A stretch of 63,567 bases of DNA, filler included, from Chiloscyllium plagiosum (GCF_004010195.1; 5 parts of one record of this genome joined end to end with filler, not necessarily neighbours in it), one strand, 5' to 3'; counted from the whole stretch's first letter, positions 1-12,811 are shown. Notes: generated by a model not told the origin, from the sequence alone. Program-made: numbers and translations.

Positions 1-1495
1 CCCTCAAAGATCAGCAAGGCAGCCTTTGTGTGGAGCCGCAGAAAATGGGGTCGATACTAAACAAGTATTTTGCATCAGTATTCACTGTGGAAAAGGAAGA
101 TATAGACTGTAGGGAAATAGATGGTGACACCTTGCAAAATGTCCAGATTACAGAGGAGGAAGTGCTGGATGTCTTGAAATGGATAAAGGTGGATAAATCC
201 CCAGGACCTGATCAGGTGTACCCTAGGACTCTTTGGGAAGCTAGAGAAGTGATTGTTGGGCCTCTTGCTGAGATATTTGTATCATCAATAGTCACAGGTG
301 AGGCGCCTGAGGACTGGAGCTTGTCTAATGTCGTGCCACTGTTTAAGAAGGGTGGTAAGGACAAGCCAGGGAACTATAGACCGGTGAGCCTGACGTCGGT
401 GGTGGACAAGTTGTTGGAGGGAATCCTGAGGGCTAGGATGTACATGTATTTGGAAAGGCAAGGACTGATTAGGGATAGTCAACATGGCTTTGTGTGTGTG
501 AAATCATGTCTCACAAACTTGATTGAGTGTTTTGAAGAAGTAACAAAGAGGATTGATGAGGTCAGAGCGGAAGATGTGATCTATATGGACTTCAATAAGG
601 CATTCAACAAGGTTCCCCATGGGAGACTGATTAGCAAGATTAGATCTCACGGAATACAGGGAGAACTAGCCATTTGGATACAGAACTGGCTCAAAGGTAG
701 AAGACAGAGGGTGGTGGTGGAGGGTTGTTTTTCAGACTGGAGNNNNNNNNNNNNNNNNNNNNNNNNNNNNNNNNNNNNNNNNNNNNNNNNNNNNNNNNNN
801 NNNNNNNNNNNNNNNNNNNNNNNNNNNNNNNNNNNNNNNNNNNNNNNNNNNNNNNNNNNNNNNNNNNNNNNNNNNNNNNNNNNNNNNNNNNNNNNNNNNN
901 NNNNNNNNNNNNNNNNNNNNNNNNNNNNNNNNNNNNNNNNNNNNNNNNNNNNNNNNNNNNNNNNNNNNNNNNNNNNNNNNNNNNNNNNNNNNNNNNNNNN
1001 NNNNNNNNNNNNNNNNNNNNNNNNNNNNNNNNNNNNNNNNNNNNNNNNNNNNNNNNNNNNNNNNNNNNNNNNNNNNNNNNNNNNNNNNNNNNNNNNNNNN
1101 NNNNNNNNNNNNNNNNNNNNNNNNNNNNNNNNNNNNNNNNNNNNNNNNNNNNNNNGTAAATAGGCAAAGTCTTTTCCCTGGGGTCAGGGAGTCCAGAACT
1201 AGAGGGCATAGGTTTAAGGAGAGAGGGGAAAGATATAAAAGAGATCTGAGGGGCAACTTTTTCACAGAGAGCGTGGTACATGTATGGAATGAGCTGCCAG
1301 AGGATGTGGTGGAGGCTGGTACAATTGCAACATTTAAGAGGCATTTGGATGGGTATATGAATAGTAAGGGTTTGGAGGGATATGGGCCGGTTGCTGGCAG
1401 GTGGGACGAGATTGGGTTGGGATATCTGGTCGGCATGGACAGATTGGACCGAAGGGTCTGTTTACATGCTGTACATCTCTATGACTCTATGATTC
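1..1495 (+). mobile_element. CR1-type (HER1-like) LINE 3' part: RT fragment, N gap, 3' UTR
   Basis: ORF 30.. has KSPGPDQVYPR, NYRPVSLTS, SQHGF, YMDFNKAFNKVPH. 1156-1495 encodes the C-terminal FFTESVVHVWNELP and ends in CTATGACTCTATGATTCT repeats. Confidence 0.93.
743..1155. other. assembly gap (N run) inside a CR1 copy
   Basis: Uninterrupted N run. Confidence 1.
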
Positions 1496-2214
1496 TCACA
1501 TAGGATTTGATTCCCATTCCAGACTGGGGCCTGATTCCTTAACCCAGAATGTAACAAAAACCTGAATACGCTTCTGTGATTGACAAATGTTGAGAGTGTA
1601 GTGCTGGAAATGCAGAGCAGGCCAGGCAGCATCCGAGGAGCAGGACTAAAGAGAGATAACTGAGGAAGAATGTTTACTGGTGCTCCACATTGTGGCCTGC
1701 ATTCTCCAGAGCTGTGATTCATGTCCAGAGCTCATACCCCTGACTTGGACAGCTCCAGTGCCAAGACAGGTGTGTCTGAGTCCTCTGCTATTTTTGTGGA
1801 ATCAAGGCATTTTTTTTAAAAGAGGAATGGTTCACCTGACTTCAGAGCCTCATGATCTATTCTTGGCTGATCTCCAAACATCCATTCTGTGGAAGCAGGT
1901 GGGCCCAAGGGAAAGCATTGCTTGTTTGAAAGCTCTGGCTCTGTGATCTTTACTGCTCATTGAGCAACAATTATTGACAGAAGATAAAGAGGTTTCAAGT
2001 GCTTGAAGTTTCTATTGTTATCATTTTAAAGGGTTTGGATGAACTTCAGGATAGTTGCCCTGTAGCAAAAGATTTTTTTTTCAAAGGAGAACCTTATGAA
2101 TTAGTGATTGTTTTCTTTGAGGCTTTTTTAAAAGTGGAGCATATTGTCACTGGAGCTTTGTTGTGCTTCTGTCCTGTGTAAAATAGGTTGGTAGGTGTCA
2201 TTCATTGACAGCCC

Positions 2215-2505
2215 CTCTCAGATGAGGATGACTCTTGTTCACTATCACAGTGACTCTCTATGAAGCTGTACAGACTGATGTGGTTATTAGAAGCTCTGTT
2301 ATAGTTCGGGCAGGTGGTGGTCATGGGAAGGGGTGGTGGGGGTGGGGCTTTGGTGTGGCTGTGTGCTTCTTTCGCTGTTCTCCCCTGACTTCCACCTTTT
2401 CCTGACAGCAAGTCTTGGGGTGCTCAACACCTTCCCAGATACTCCTCTTCCTTTTTGGACGGTCTTGGGCCAGTGATTCCCAGGTGTCTGGGCGTGAGAC
2501 CAGGT
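2215..2505 (-). mobile_element. RTE-clade LINE 3' remnant
   Basis: Minus translation DTWESLAQDRPKRKRSIWEGVEH...TTTCPNYNRASNNHISLYSF resembles the RTE C-terminus (WE-LA-DR--WR plus a decayed C2H2 motif). Confidence 0.7.
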
Positions 2506-3823
2506 TTTTAAAAGAGCAGTGGTTCACCTGACTTCAGAACCCCATGATCTATTCTTGGCTGGTCTCCAGACATCCATTCTGTGGAAGCAGGTGGGCCGAG
2601 GCCATATTTCCCATGACCCGGTCTCCCTGAAACATGGCTCTGACTGAAGTGGACTCCTTGGCTGAAGCTTCCTGATCTCTCTCTCCCCCTCTTCCTGGAG
2701 CTTTTAGCTCAGAACGCCAGAAACCTAGACCTGCACCAGATACAGTATCTCAAGATTAGCAGTTTCTGTTTGTTCTACAAACAAGGCTGTTGACATTTTA
2801 TTACCTTTGCTTTCTGCTTGCCTATTATTTCATCTTAGAAACATTACTTCTTTTTGAGCTCTGTTGATGCCTATATTTTGGTGAGTCTGCAGGATGAAGC
2901 GTGTAACTCGCTGTATCTGCTTTAGAAGCCTTTGTTGTTACCTTCACTTTACCCTATTGTTTAGGAACCAGTGTGAATGAGAATATTATCAAGAATATTG
3001 CAGGTAATATCACAGGGATGCAGTTTCCATTTCCCTATTCATGGCAGACTGACATAGCCTCTTCCTCTGAATAAAAGAGTCCCAGTAATAGAAAGGATGT
3101 GGAGCTTGCTAGCTAAGCCACTTCAGAGGGCAGCTGGTAAAGAACTGGATTGAGTCACATGTGCCTAGTACCAGGAAAAAAAATGGCATTCCCCCCCACC
3201 CACCATAAAAGACAGCAATGGGGGGAGCTGAGAAGTTCCAACAATCCAACATGATTTGTGCTAACATTTCCTGAAATCATCCCATTTGTTCAAATGGAAC
3301 TATGGTGGGATTTGAACTCAGCTTTCACCAGAGTGCTGCCTGAGCCTCTGGTTTACCCACCAAGCTACATCACCACACCCAGAGCTGGGAAACAGGTGGG
3401 ACAAAGATAGGTGTGACTAAGCAATGAGCAGAAAAGACATCAAAATTGATTGTTCACTGCCGCATGAAGGAAGTGAGATGACATTGTTAACCATCTACCC
3501 AGTGGTCTCCCATCCAACTATCTAATTAATTTCTCAATGAGGCATTTTCATTACCTCACCTTGACTGGGTGATTACCAGTCCTGCTGCAGTTTCCTTATT
3601 AAGAAGAACAAGCAAGTCTTCTCCATAGCACTGAATCCAACAATCTAAAATCCAGAAACATTTTTTGTCCATTTGAATGCACTTATTCTCTGCAGAACCT
3701 GGGTGTAGAGTCAGCTGGGTATTCCCCTAAAGTGAGCAGATCAGTACAAATTAGCAATATAGAGTCATAGAGTGATACAACACGGATACAAACCCTTTGG
3801 CCCAACTTGTCCATGCTAACCAA

Positions 3824-4331
3824 GGTGGCACAGTAGCTCAGTGGTTAGCACTGCTGCTTCCCAGCACCGGGGAGCTGGGTTCAATTCCAGCCTCAGGTGA
3901 CTATGTAGAGTTTGCACATTCTCTCTGTGTCTGCGTGAGTTTCCTCCAGGTGGTCTGATTTCCTCCCCTAGTCCAAAGATGTGTGGGTTGATAGATTGGC
4001 CATGGTAAATGCAGGTTTCAAGATTAGGGGAGAAGTGGTGACGCTGGGTGGGGTGCTCTTTGGAGATTCTGGATCAGTGGTGCTGGAAGAGCACAGCAAT
4101 TCAGGCAGCATCCAAGGACAGGCAAAATCGACGTTTCGGGCAAAAGCCCTTCATCAGGAATCCCGAAACGCCGATTTTGCCTCGAATTGCTGTGCTCTTC
4201 CTGCACCACTGACCCAGAATCTGGTTTCCAGCATCTGCAGTCATTGTTTTTACCTCGTTTTTACCTATGCTCTTTGGAGAGTCAATGTTGGGACGAATAG
4301 CCTGTTTCCATTCTGTGGAGATTCTATTCTA
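3824..4331 (+). mobile_element. HE1-like tRNA-derived SINE, interrupted by a Penelope fold-back
   Basis: A box GGTGGCACAGTAGCTCAGTGG, B box GGTTCAATTCC, body GTTTGCACATTCTC...GTCCAAAGATGTG, tail GCCTGTTTCC...GATTCTATTCTA. Confidence 0.88.
4067..4267. mobile_element. Penelope family-A terminal fold-back insertion with 13-bp TSD
   Basis: TGCTCTTTGGAGA at 4054-4066 and 4268-4280. Inverted arms. Hammerhead core on the minus strand at 4126-4161. Confidence 0.88.
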
Positions 4332-4739
4332 TCCAACCATGCTCTTTACACTTAATTAGTCCCATTTGCTTGCATTGGGCCCAAACCCCTCTAAATCTTT
4401 CCTACTCCTGTACCAGTCCAAATGTCTATTAAATTTTGTAATTATACTTGCCTCTGTAATTTCCTCTGGTAGCTCATTCTATACATGCACCGCCCTCTGT
4501 GTGAAGAAGTTGCCCCTCTGGTCTCTTTTAAATCTTCCCCACAGCTTAAACCTATGCCTTTTGTTTTGGACTCACATACCCTAGGTAAAAGATCCTCATG
4601 ATTTTATTAGTCACGTGAGGTTAAACCATAGTGCCATCAAGTCAGCCCTCAGCCTCCGACGGTTGAGGGAAAAAATGTCCTAGCTATCCAGCCTCAAAAT
4701 CCAATGGAAAGATCACACATCACAAGAACTTGAACTTGC

Positions 4740-6525
4740 TGCCCCCAACGCCCTAGTCTAGGAACTCCCCACATATGTTCGAGACACCACCCACGCCCTC
4801 CACCTCCTCCAAAACTTCTGTTTCCCCGGCTCCCAACACCTCATCTTCACCATGGATATCCAATCCCTCTACACCTCCATCCGCAATGACCAGGGCCTCC
4901 AAGCCCTCCGTTTCTTTCTCTCCCAACGTCCCCAACAGTACCCTTCCACCGACACTCTCATTCGTTTGGCTGAACTGGTCCTCACCCTTAACAATTTCTC
5001 CTTCTAATCCTCCCACTTCCTCCAAACCAAAGGGGTAGCCATGGGCACCCATATGGGCCCCAGCTACGCCTGTCTCTTTGTTGGCTACGTAGAACAGTCC
5101 ATCTTCCATAATTACACTGGCACCATTCCCCACTTCTTCCTCCGCTACATTGATGACTGCATTGGCGCCACCTCGTGCTCCCGCGAGGAGGTTGAGCAAT
5201 TCATCAACTTCACCAACACATTCCACCCTGACCTTAAATTTACCTGGACCATCTCTGACACCTCCCTCTTCTTCCTGGACCTCTCCATCTCCATTAATGA
5301 CGACTGACTTGACACCAACATTTTTTACAAACCCGCCGACTCCCACAGCTACCTGGATTACACCTCTTCCCACCCTACCTCCTGCAAAAATGCCATCCCT
5401 TATTCCCAATTCCTCTGCCTCCACTGTATCTGCTCCCAGAAGGACCAGTTCCACCACAGAACACACCAGATAACCTCCTTCTTTGGAGACCGCAATTTCT
5501 CTTCCCATGTGGTTAAAGATGCCCTCCAACGCATCTCATCCACATCCCACACCTCCACCCTCAGACCCCACCCCTCCAACCGTAACAAGGACAGAACGCC
5601 CCTGGTGCTTACCTTCCACCCTACCAACCTTCGCATAAACCACATCATCCGCCAACATTTCCGCCACCTCCAAAAAGACCCCACCACCAGGGATATATTT
5701 CCCTCCCGGCCCCTTTCCGCCTTCCGCAAAGACCATTCCCTTCGTGACTACCTGGTCAGGTCCACGCCCCCCTACAACCCACCCTCCCATCCTGGCACCT
5801 TCCTCTGCCAAGGCAGGAATTGCAAAACCTGCACCCACGCCTCCTCTCTCACCTCCATCCAAGGCCCCAAAGGAGCCTTCCACATCCATCAAAGTTTTAC
5901 CTGCACATCCACCAATATCATTTATTGTATCTGTTGCTCCCAATGCGGTCTCCTCTACATTAGGCAGACTGGACGTCTCCTAGCAGAGCGCTTTAGGGAA
6001 CATCTCCGGGACACCCGCACCAATCAACCACACCGCCCTGTGGCCCAACATTTCAACTTCCCCTCCCACTCTGCCGAGGACATGGAGGTCCTGGTCCTCT
6101 TTCACCGCCGGTCCCTCACCACCCGATGCCTGGAGGAAGAACGCCTCATCTTCCGCCTCGAAACACTTCAACCCCAGGGCATCAATGTGGACTTCAACAG
6201 TTTCCTTATTTCCCCTTCCCCCACCTCACCCCAGTTCCAAGCTTCCAGCTCAGCACTGTCCCCATGACTTGTCCTACCTGCCTATCTTCTTTTCCACCTA
6301 TCCACTCCGCCCTCCTCCCTGGCCTATCACCTTCACTCTCTCCCCCACTCACCTATTGTACTCTATGCTACTTTCTCCCCACCTCCACCGTCCTCTCATT
6401 TATCTCTCCACCCTTCAGGCACTCTGCCTGTATTCCTGATGAAGGGCTTTTGCCTGAAACGTCGATTTTCCTGCTCCTCGGATGCTGCCTGAACTGCTGT
6501 GCTTTTCCAGCACCTGTAATCCTGA
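4740..6525 (+). mobile_element. Penelope-like element (RT + GIY-YIG endonuclease), 5' truncated, with in-frame stops
   Basis: RT motifs FTMDIQSLYTSI, GVAMGTHMGPSYACLFVGYVEQ, RYIDD, FLDL. CxxC linker CKTCTH. GIY-YIG-like NIIYCICCSQCGLLYIRQTGRLLAERFREHL. Terminal repeat with hammerhead core. Confidence 0.93.
6432..6467 (+). ncRNA. minimal type I hammerhead ribozyme motif (family A)
   Basis: CTGATGA (6436-6442), stem II GGGC-TTTT-GCCT, GAAA, CGTC. ACGT palindrome as stem III, GUC cleavage triplet. Stem I is weak. Confidence 0.75.
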
Positions 6526-7799
6526 TCAAATGTAACCTAGAACTCTGTGGGAAACAAGGAAAGTGATTGCTGGGACCCTTGCTGAGATATTTGTATCATC
6601 GATAATCACAGGTGAGGTGCTAGAAGACTGGAGTTTGGCTAATGTGGTGCCACTATTTAAGAAAGATGGTAAGGAAAAGTCCGGTAGACAGGCAGGAGGC
6701 TCCCAGCCACAACCAACACCTTGGTAACTCTTAGTGAGCTACCTAGTGAGGGAAGCAGCAATTGTGCTGTTTGAAAGAGTTGGTTCTTTTGTGTTCTGAA
6801 TGTGTCACATGTTTATTCTGCACTCTGTGAGACTTATACTTCTTGCGATGTAACATTGTGGTTGAAAAACATTTAAATTATTGTTAAAAATGACTTTTGT
6901 TACAAGAGAAAAAAAAATTACTTGGGTTTTTGTAGCGCCTTTCACCACCAGCAAGAACTCCATTGAAATATGTTTGAAGTGTAGCAAGACTGCATCTCGC
7001 ACACAGCAGGCAACCACAGACAGCAAAATGATAATAAGCAGTTCTTCTATTTTATGATCTTGATTGAAGAATGAATACTGGCCAGGGCACTCCCCCCACA
7101 TCCCCTTATCTCCATTCTCCTTGGAAATAGAATCATGAGGCCTTATGCAAACCTTCCCAGCTGGCAGACAATGTTTCCAATTGATGTCACTTCTGAAAGA
7201 TGTCACCTCAGAAAGCGCAGCACTCCCTTAGTATTGTGCTTGGACGGTCAAACCGAACAATTACGTTTGCTAAGCTGTGATTATGAGTCCCACAGAAAGC
7301 TCCCAGATCTCAGCTCCCAGAAATTAATCCTGAAACAAAACTGGCTGGGAGAGGCTCTGGGCTCTCAAACAGGCTCCAGGTAGGTGTGAAAAATGCCTGG
7401 AAAGACCAGTCAAAACTGTTGGACATCTCTGATAAAGTTGCAGGATAAGTACATCAGCAATTGGAACCAGTCCGTGAATGCAGATTGGTGTGAGTGTGTG
7501 TGTTGGGCGTGAGGGGAGAGGTGTTGGTGTTACAGGGATGCTATTTACTACAGTGGCAGTTCTGGCATCCAGAACTGCAATTAATATTTACACAAGCCAA
7601 CCTTAATTACAGCTTTCACAAATGAGTAAGATTGTTAATGAAACACTGTTTCTCTCAGAAGGTTTATATGTGTGCAACAGGATTCTTCAATTATCAGGGG
7701 AACATATTGAGATATTGCTGACTACCTAGAAAATAATGATTTCTTTGAGGGAGATCTGGGAAAACTGTGTGTTCATTCTTTGTTATGAAGAGAAAGTTC

Positions 7800-8610
7800 A
7801 GTCATTGGGCAAAGATCTAGCAATGGCATATAATGTAGGAATATACCAATTTTGGTAGGTGGGATAGAATTGAAGCATTTTATGGGCTGGATTGCCTCCT
7901 TCCGCACCATAACATTTCTGTGATCGAAATGGGGAGAGATTGTAGTACTCTGAGATTCGGGGGATCTCTGTGCCCCAGTCTATGAACCACAAAAGGTGAG
8001 TATGTAGGTTCAGCAAGTAATATAAGAAAACTGGTAGAATGTTATCATTTATTACAAGGGTGATTGAATGCAATATAGGGAGGTAATGCCTCAGTTATAC
8101 AAGGGCCTGATGAGGCCAGATCTGGAGCATTGTGTATGGTATTGGTCTCCTCATTTAGGGAACAATGTCACCACATTGGAAACATTTGAAACAAAATGTT
8201 TACTAAACTAATATCTGGAATAGGCAGGTTGTCATATGAGGAAGGGGTGGGCAGGCTATAGCTTATGGAGTTTAGTAGAATTTGATTGAGACATGTAAGA
8301 TCCGGGGGACTTGACACTTAGATATGGAGAGGATGTTTCCTGTTGTGGGAGAACTTAGAATAGAGTGCACTCTTTAAAAGTCAGTCATCACCTATTTCTG
8401 ACAGAGATGAGGTGATTTGTTTTTCACAGAGGGTCATGAGGTTTTTAGAACTGTCTTCCTTGAGGACGCAAGGTTATTGAATACTTTTGGGGGCGGTCAG
8501 TGAGAATGCAAAATTGAGGTTAAAGTCAGATCAGGCATGATCTTATAAAATGGCAGAGCAGGCTTGAAGGATTAAATGGTCAATTCCTGCTCCAAACTCA
8601 TATTTGTGTT
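7800..8610 (+). mobile_element. old CR1 LINE 3' fragment
   Basis: Decayed LYK-L-RP-LEHCV-YWSP region and 3' UTR GGCAGAGCAGGCTTGAAGG...TCCTGCTCC. Confidence 0.75.
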
Positions 8611-8796
8611 TTGAATTGTTCAAATTTCTAAACAACTGTAATCGATGATTCTTATTTGACCTGGGAAAAATTCAATCATTGGTTGTTTTGTTCGTAGGAA
8701 AAGCTAACCTCTGATAGATCAGTCCGGCACTTAGTGAGTTAAGAAGAAACACATGCTTAAAGGCATGTTGTGTTTGTGGAAATCTGTGCAAACATA

Positions 8797-9211
8797 GTTA
8801 AAAATCACACAACACCAGGTTATAGTCCAACAGGTTTAATTGGAAGCACACTAGCTTTCAGAGCGATGCGCCTTCATCAGGTGATTGTGGAGAGCTCGAT
8901 CGTAACACAGAATTTATAGCAAAAATTTGCAGTGTGATGTAACTGAAATTATACATTGAAAAATTGATTGTCTGTTAACCCTGAAAGACTTAACAGATAA
9001 TCAATTCTTCAATGTATAATTTCAGTTACATCACACTGCAAATTTTTGCTATAAATTCTGTGTTACGATCGAGCCCTCCACAACCACCTGATGAAGGAGC
9101 GTTGCTCCGAAAGCTAGTGTGCTTCCAATTAAACCTGTTGGACTATAACCCTGGTGTTGTGTGATTTTTAACTTTGTATCACCCCAGTCCAACACCGGCT
9201 TCTCCAAATCA
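8797..9211. mobile_element. Penelope family-B terminal fold-back with 12-bp TSD
   Basis: TGTGCAAACATA at 8785-8796 and 9212-9223. Arms about 8797-8978 and 8990-9173 are reverse complements, followed by an unpaired tail 9174-9211. Confidence 0.9.
9085..9120 (+). ncRNA. minimal hammerhead ribozyme motif (family B)
   Basis: cac-CTGATGA-A-GGAGC gtt GCTCC-GAAA-GCTA-gtg. Stem I CAC/GTG, AGCT palindromic stem III, CUA triplet. Mirror copy on the minus strand at 8848-8883. Confidence 0.8.
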
Positions 9212-9732
9212 TGTGCAAACATAAGATGTGTATTGGATAGTATAACTTTCTCAGGCTTCCAGTTCAAACTGGAATGACCAATTTTCTTCAAACCCTGTGA
9301 AGTTTATGCACATATCCAGATAAATTAGCAGAAAACTTCCCAAATCATAAAACACATCAAATTCCTGTCACACCAGCACTGTCAATAATAAACTGAGTAA
9401 AGCACAGGGCAAAAATTTGTAACAGAGGATAAGAAAAGTCCCCAGTTAATGGATTGTTAACCAGAAGCCAAGCCTGGTATGTCTGCCTGCTCAGGAGATG
9501 ACTCAAGAGTATCTTTCGCTTGGCTGTGCCCCTTCTAATGCAATTGCCTCACCTTTCCCTGGATCCTTTCATGAACATTCCTTTAATTTTTCTTGCAATA
9601 TTTGTAATAGTTACTTGCGGTGCTCCATTGTATTTTGTAATAACCTTGTTTGAAAAGCATTCTCTTCGTCGCGCCCTTCATGTTTCAAATGAACACCTTA
9701 TACGGAAACAACCTGTACTTGGGATGAAGAAA

Positions 9733-10205
9733 TACAGGTCCGTTCTGGGATAACATGTGTTTCGGAAGCGCGATTTGGCTGTAACGTCACTGAAGAATTA
9801 GGGAGCGGGTATTTTGGAGAAGGCTTACCTCCGTTCACAATAGCGTGATTCCAGCGGGAATCGGTTCACATGCTTTGATCTCCACATGTGCTGATGTCAG
9901 CTGCTGACAGAGCAGCTTCCTGTGAGAGGTACTGTACAGAGAGCAGCTTTGTTACATTTTTAAAATGTACTCTGTTTTCAAATTAACTTTTTTTCCATTA
10001 ACAAATATGATTTCAACCTTCATTCAGGCTGTGCTATATGTTGGGTGATTTTTGGGTGATGTTTGCGAGATCGTGCATGATGTTTTTTGCAGGTCTGCCC
10101 CTAACCCCACTTTTCCCATTGGCCCCATTATTTCTATGAAGCAAGTTTCTGACAAAAGAAGTTTCACTGGAACGCAACTGTGGTGTTATAGGCGAACTAC
10201 CTGTA
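9733..10205. mobile_element. Tc1/mariner (Tigger/pogo-like) non-autonomous DNA transposon
   Basis: Ends TACAGGTccGTTCtgggATAAC and GTTATaggcGAACtACCTGTA form imperfect TIRs bounded by TA. Confidence 0.65.
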
Positions 10206-10336
10206 TGAATATGAAATGTGTGGATGGCAAAAAACTTGACACCATAGTAAGCAATGTGGAGGATGGCAAGAATTCAGAAGTAGACAGGCAGACGGTCAGA
10301 CTGATGAAATGGGCAGATGCTTGGCAGAGCTTAAAC

Positions 10337-10406
10337 ATGTGTTGCTGGAAAAGCGCAGCAGGTCAGGCAGCATCAAAGGAGCAGGAGAATCGACGTATCG
10401 GGCATA
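10337..10406 (-). mobile_element. short Penelope family-A terminal fragment
   Basis: GCTGGAAAAGCGCAGCAGGTCAGGCAGCATC...GAATCGACGTATCGGGCATA. Confidence 0.8.
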
Positions 10407-10554
10407 TGTGCACGTTTAATGTGAAGGGTTTTGAGAGGAATAATATGGAAAAGCAGTAGAAGTTAAATAGTACTGTTTTGAATTAGGAATAAGAGTAACT
10501 AAGGGTACATATTCACAATAAAGTCTTGGGGGAAAATGGTGCATATGCTCCATG

Positions 10555-10780
10555 ACTGTGTTGGTTTCCTTCGGATGCTTCAGTTTCCTCCTACAGTCCA
10601 AAGATGTGCAGATTAGGTGAATTGGCCGTGCTAAATTGACCAAAGTGTTCAGGGATGTGTAGATTAGGTGCATTAGTCAGGGTAAATGTTGAGTAATAGG
10701 GTAGGGGAACGGGTCCGGGTGGGTTACTGTTCAGACTTGTTGGGCTGAAGGGCCTGTTTCCACACTGTAGGGATTCTATG
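10555..10780 (+). mobile_element. HE1-like SINE, 5' truncated
   Basis: CAGTCCAAAGATGTGCAG...GAATTGGCC...GGGCCTGTTTCCACACTGTAGGGATTCTATG. Confidence 0.85.
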
Positions 10781-11929
10781 GAGCAAATGTTGGCTCTGTC
10801 AATAATATTCACATCCCATGAAAGAATAAGTGAACAAGCAGAATATCTTTGATCGTGACATGGCAAATTGATAAAATAGTTGGGAAAGCATGAAGGACAC
10901 TTAGCTTTGGAAACAAGAATTGATTACAAGCAAAAGAACAAATCACTAGCTAACCCTTTGGAAAACTATTGTGAACAACTGCACTCTGTACTTTAGGAAG
11001 AATGTTGAGACTGCAGAGAATGCAAGGAAACTTCATCACGATGATACTGGAATTCGGATTGTTAGTCAAGTCGACAGATTTTCTTTGAAGCAAAGGTTAC
11101 GAGGTGAGCTCATAGAGGCATTCACCATTGCAAAGAGTTTTAATTGGGGAAGCACTGGTCCATGGTATTATTGTTAGACTATTGATTCAGAGAGTCAGGT
11201 AATGTTCTAGGACCCGGGTTCATAACCACTCCTGGTTTTCATTAAACTTTCATTTCCTTATACAGTTTCTTCTTTCCCAAAGCATGAATTTATGGTGATA
11301 TGTTTATATATCTGTATTTATCTGATAAAACATTGGAATGAGTATTAATTCATGTGTTTCTGTCTTTAACATAATCGACAACAGGATGATGATTGAAAAA
11401 ACAGCGATTTCCCCCTCCAGCAGTATATTTTTAAAAGAGTTATTAGTGCAAAATCTGTACTAAGTGATGTAGGTTGCAGGTCGTGATGTTTCGCTTGTGT
11501 TGTTATCCTTAACTGATGGTACTATTGGATAAGTTAAATACCGAAATGAAACCGGCTTAATAGATCATGAATTTTATTTTTGAAATTGTTTTATCGTGGA
11601 GGATAGGCATATTCAATTGAGCTGCCCATGTTTCTGTAACATAAGAGCACAAGTTTATTTCGGATACGAAACAAAAACTACCCTTCTGTGTATTCATTTA
11701 GTAATTGTATGACTTGAGAAATCCTGATAAGTGCATAATTGTTGATTAATTATGATTATGCCAATCATCATTAATTGGTACATCTCCCATGGCAATGCTT
11801 TTACCAATTCGAATCTACTTGCAAACCAAGTTGGACTCTCATGCCGCATGAATGTCAGGTTTCTTCTTGAATTGATATACTTGTGAACTGTCCTGATGAA
11901 TGCAAGATTAAAAGCTTTGACAAAATGTG

Positions 11930-12066
11930 AATTACTGGAAAAAAGCAGGTCTGGCAGCACCTGTGGAGAGAAATCAGAGTTTGGGTCCAGTGATCTTTCA
12001 GAACCCTTCGAAATTTCTGTTTTTGTTTCCGCTTTTCAGCATCTGCACTTCTTTCGCGATTTTTGT
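11930..12066. mobile_element. short Penelope-type terminal element (family D) with 14-bp TSD
   Basis: TTTGACAAAATGTG (11916-11929) vs TTTGACAAAGTGTG (12067-12080). Body matches the terminus at about 25856-25925, which is attached to a GIY-YIG remnant. Confidence 0.7.
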
Positions 12067-12811
12067 TTTGACAAAGTGTGCCTTGTTTTCTGCAAAGCTA
12101 CACGCAGGTCAGTTTGAAAAAGTCAACATGAACAGCAAAAAAATACACTCCCCAGTGATCTCCTTCTCAGATACTCAATCCTGGAGAAATATCATTCCTA
12201 TGTTCACTCTTTAATTTCTTACTGAACTGACGTTTGCCAGTTTTCCTTCTTGGCGAGCTGCAACTGCTGTAAGATTTCTGTCTAATTCTGATGGCTTAAA
12301 TCTCCATTTGGTACTGAGGGCCTGGATAGCTTTTCAGTTTTGGCAAGCCAGGAGATTCTAACAAACTTTCACGACCTGTAGTTTTTACCACACTGCTAGA
12401 TCAAAAACCCCACCCGATTCTACCGCTGAAATGGAACTGCATTCTTATGTCATGAAACTAAAGTCTGATCATTCTGAGCTGAAATCAGATGAAACATCCA
12501 ATGTCCCTTGATCATTTGTTTTTCTATGTGTCATAAACCCAGCGGTGTTAACACTGGCTGGCTGGGCACTTACTATGTCACATGCTTTCTTCAAAATGAT
12601 GTATTTTGATGACTTTCCCAAATGACTTTCTGGTCTCTTATAAAAACAAGCCACCTTCACAGAGCGGAAGCCGAACTGCTCTGTCTGTATTTTAAAAATG
12701 CAAATTTCCAAATGATAATATATATCCAAATGGTAATATAAATCCAAATGGTAATATATGACATACCTTTATCACACTTGGTAAAGCCTGATGTACTTTA
12801 AATAAGAAGAC

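Larger units (their letters stand above)
3761..4700 (-). mobile_element. CR1 LINE 3' end, interrupted by an HE1 SINE
   Basis: Begins with ATAGAGTCATAGAG (reverse-complement tail). The CR1 3' region resumes at about 4355 after the SINE. Confidence 0.8.

Noticed and set aside
691..1436. ORFs spanning N runs
   Set aside because: Artefacts of translating through gaps.
2839..2880. 42-nt micro-exon candidate (ttag|...|gtgagt), and a similar 36-nt one near 8698-8733
   Set aside because: Splice-like motifs only, with no homology. Too short to distinguish from chance.
4753..5529. 258-aa minus-strand ORF (and 44413-45006 +) as novel genes
   Set aside because: Antisense shadows of the C-rich Penelope RT coding strand.
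12707..12760. 18-bp x3 tandem repeat (also a 12-bp x3 repeat near 57742-57775)
   Set aside because: Ordinary short slippage duplications with no further structure.
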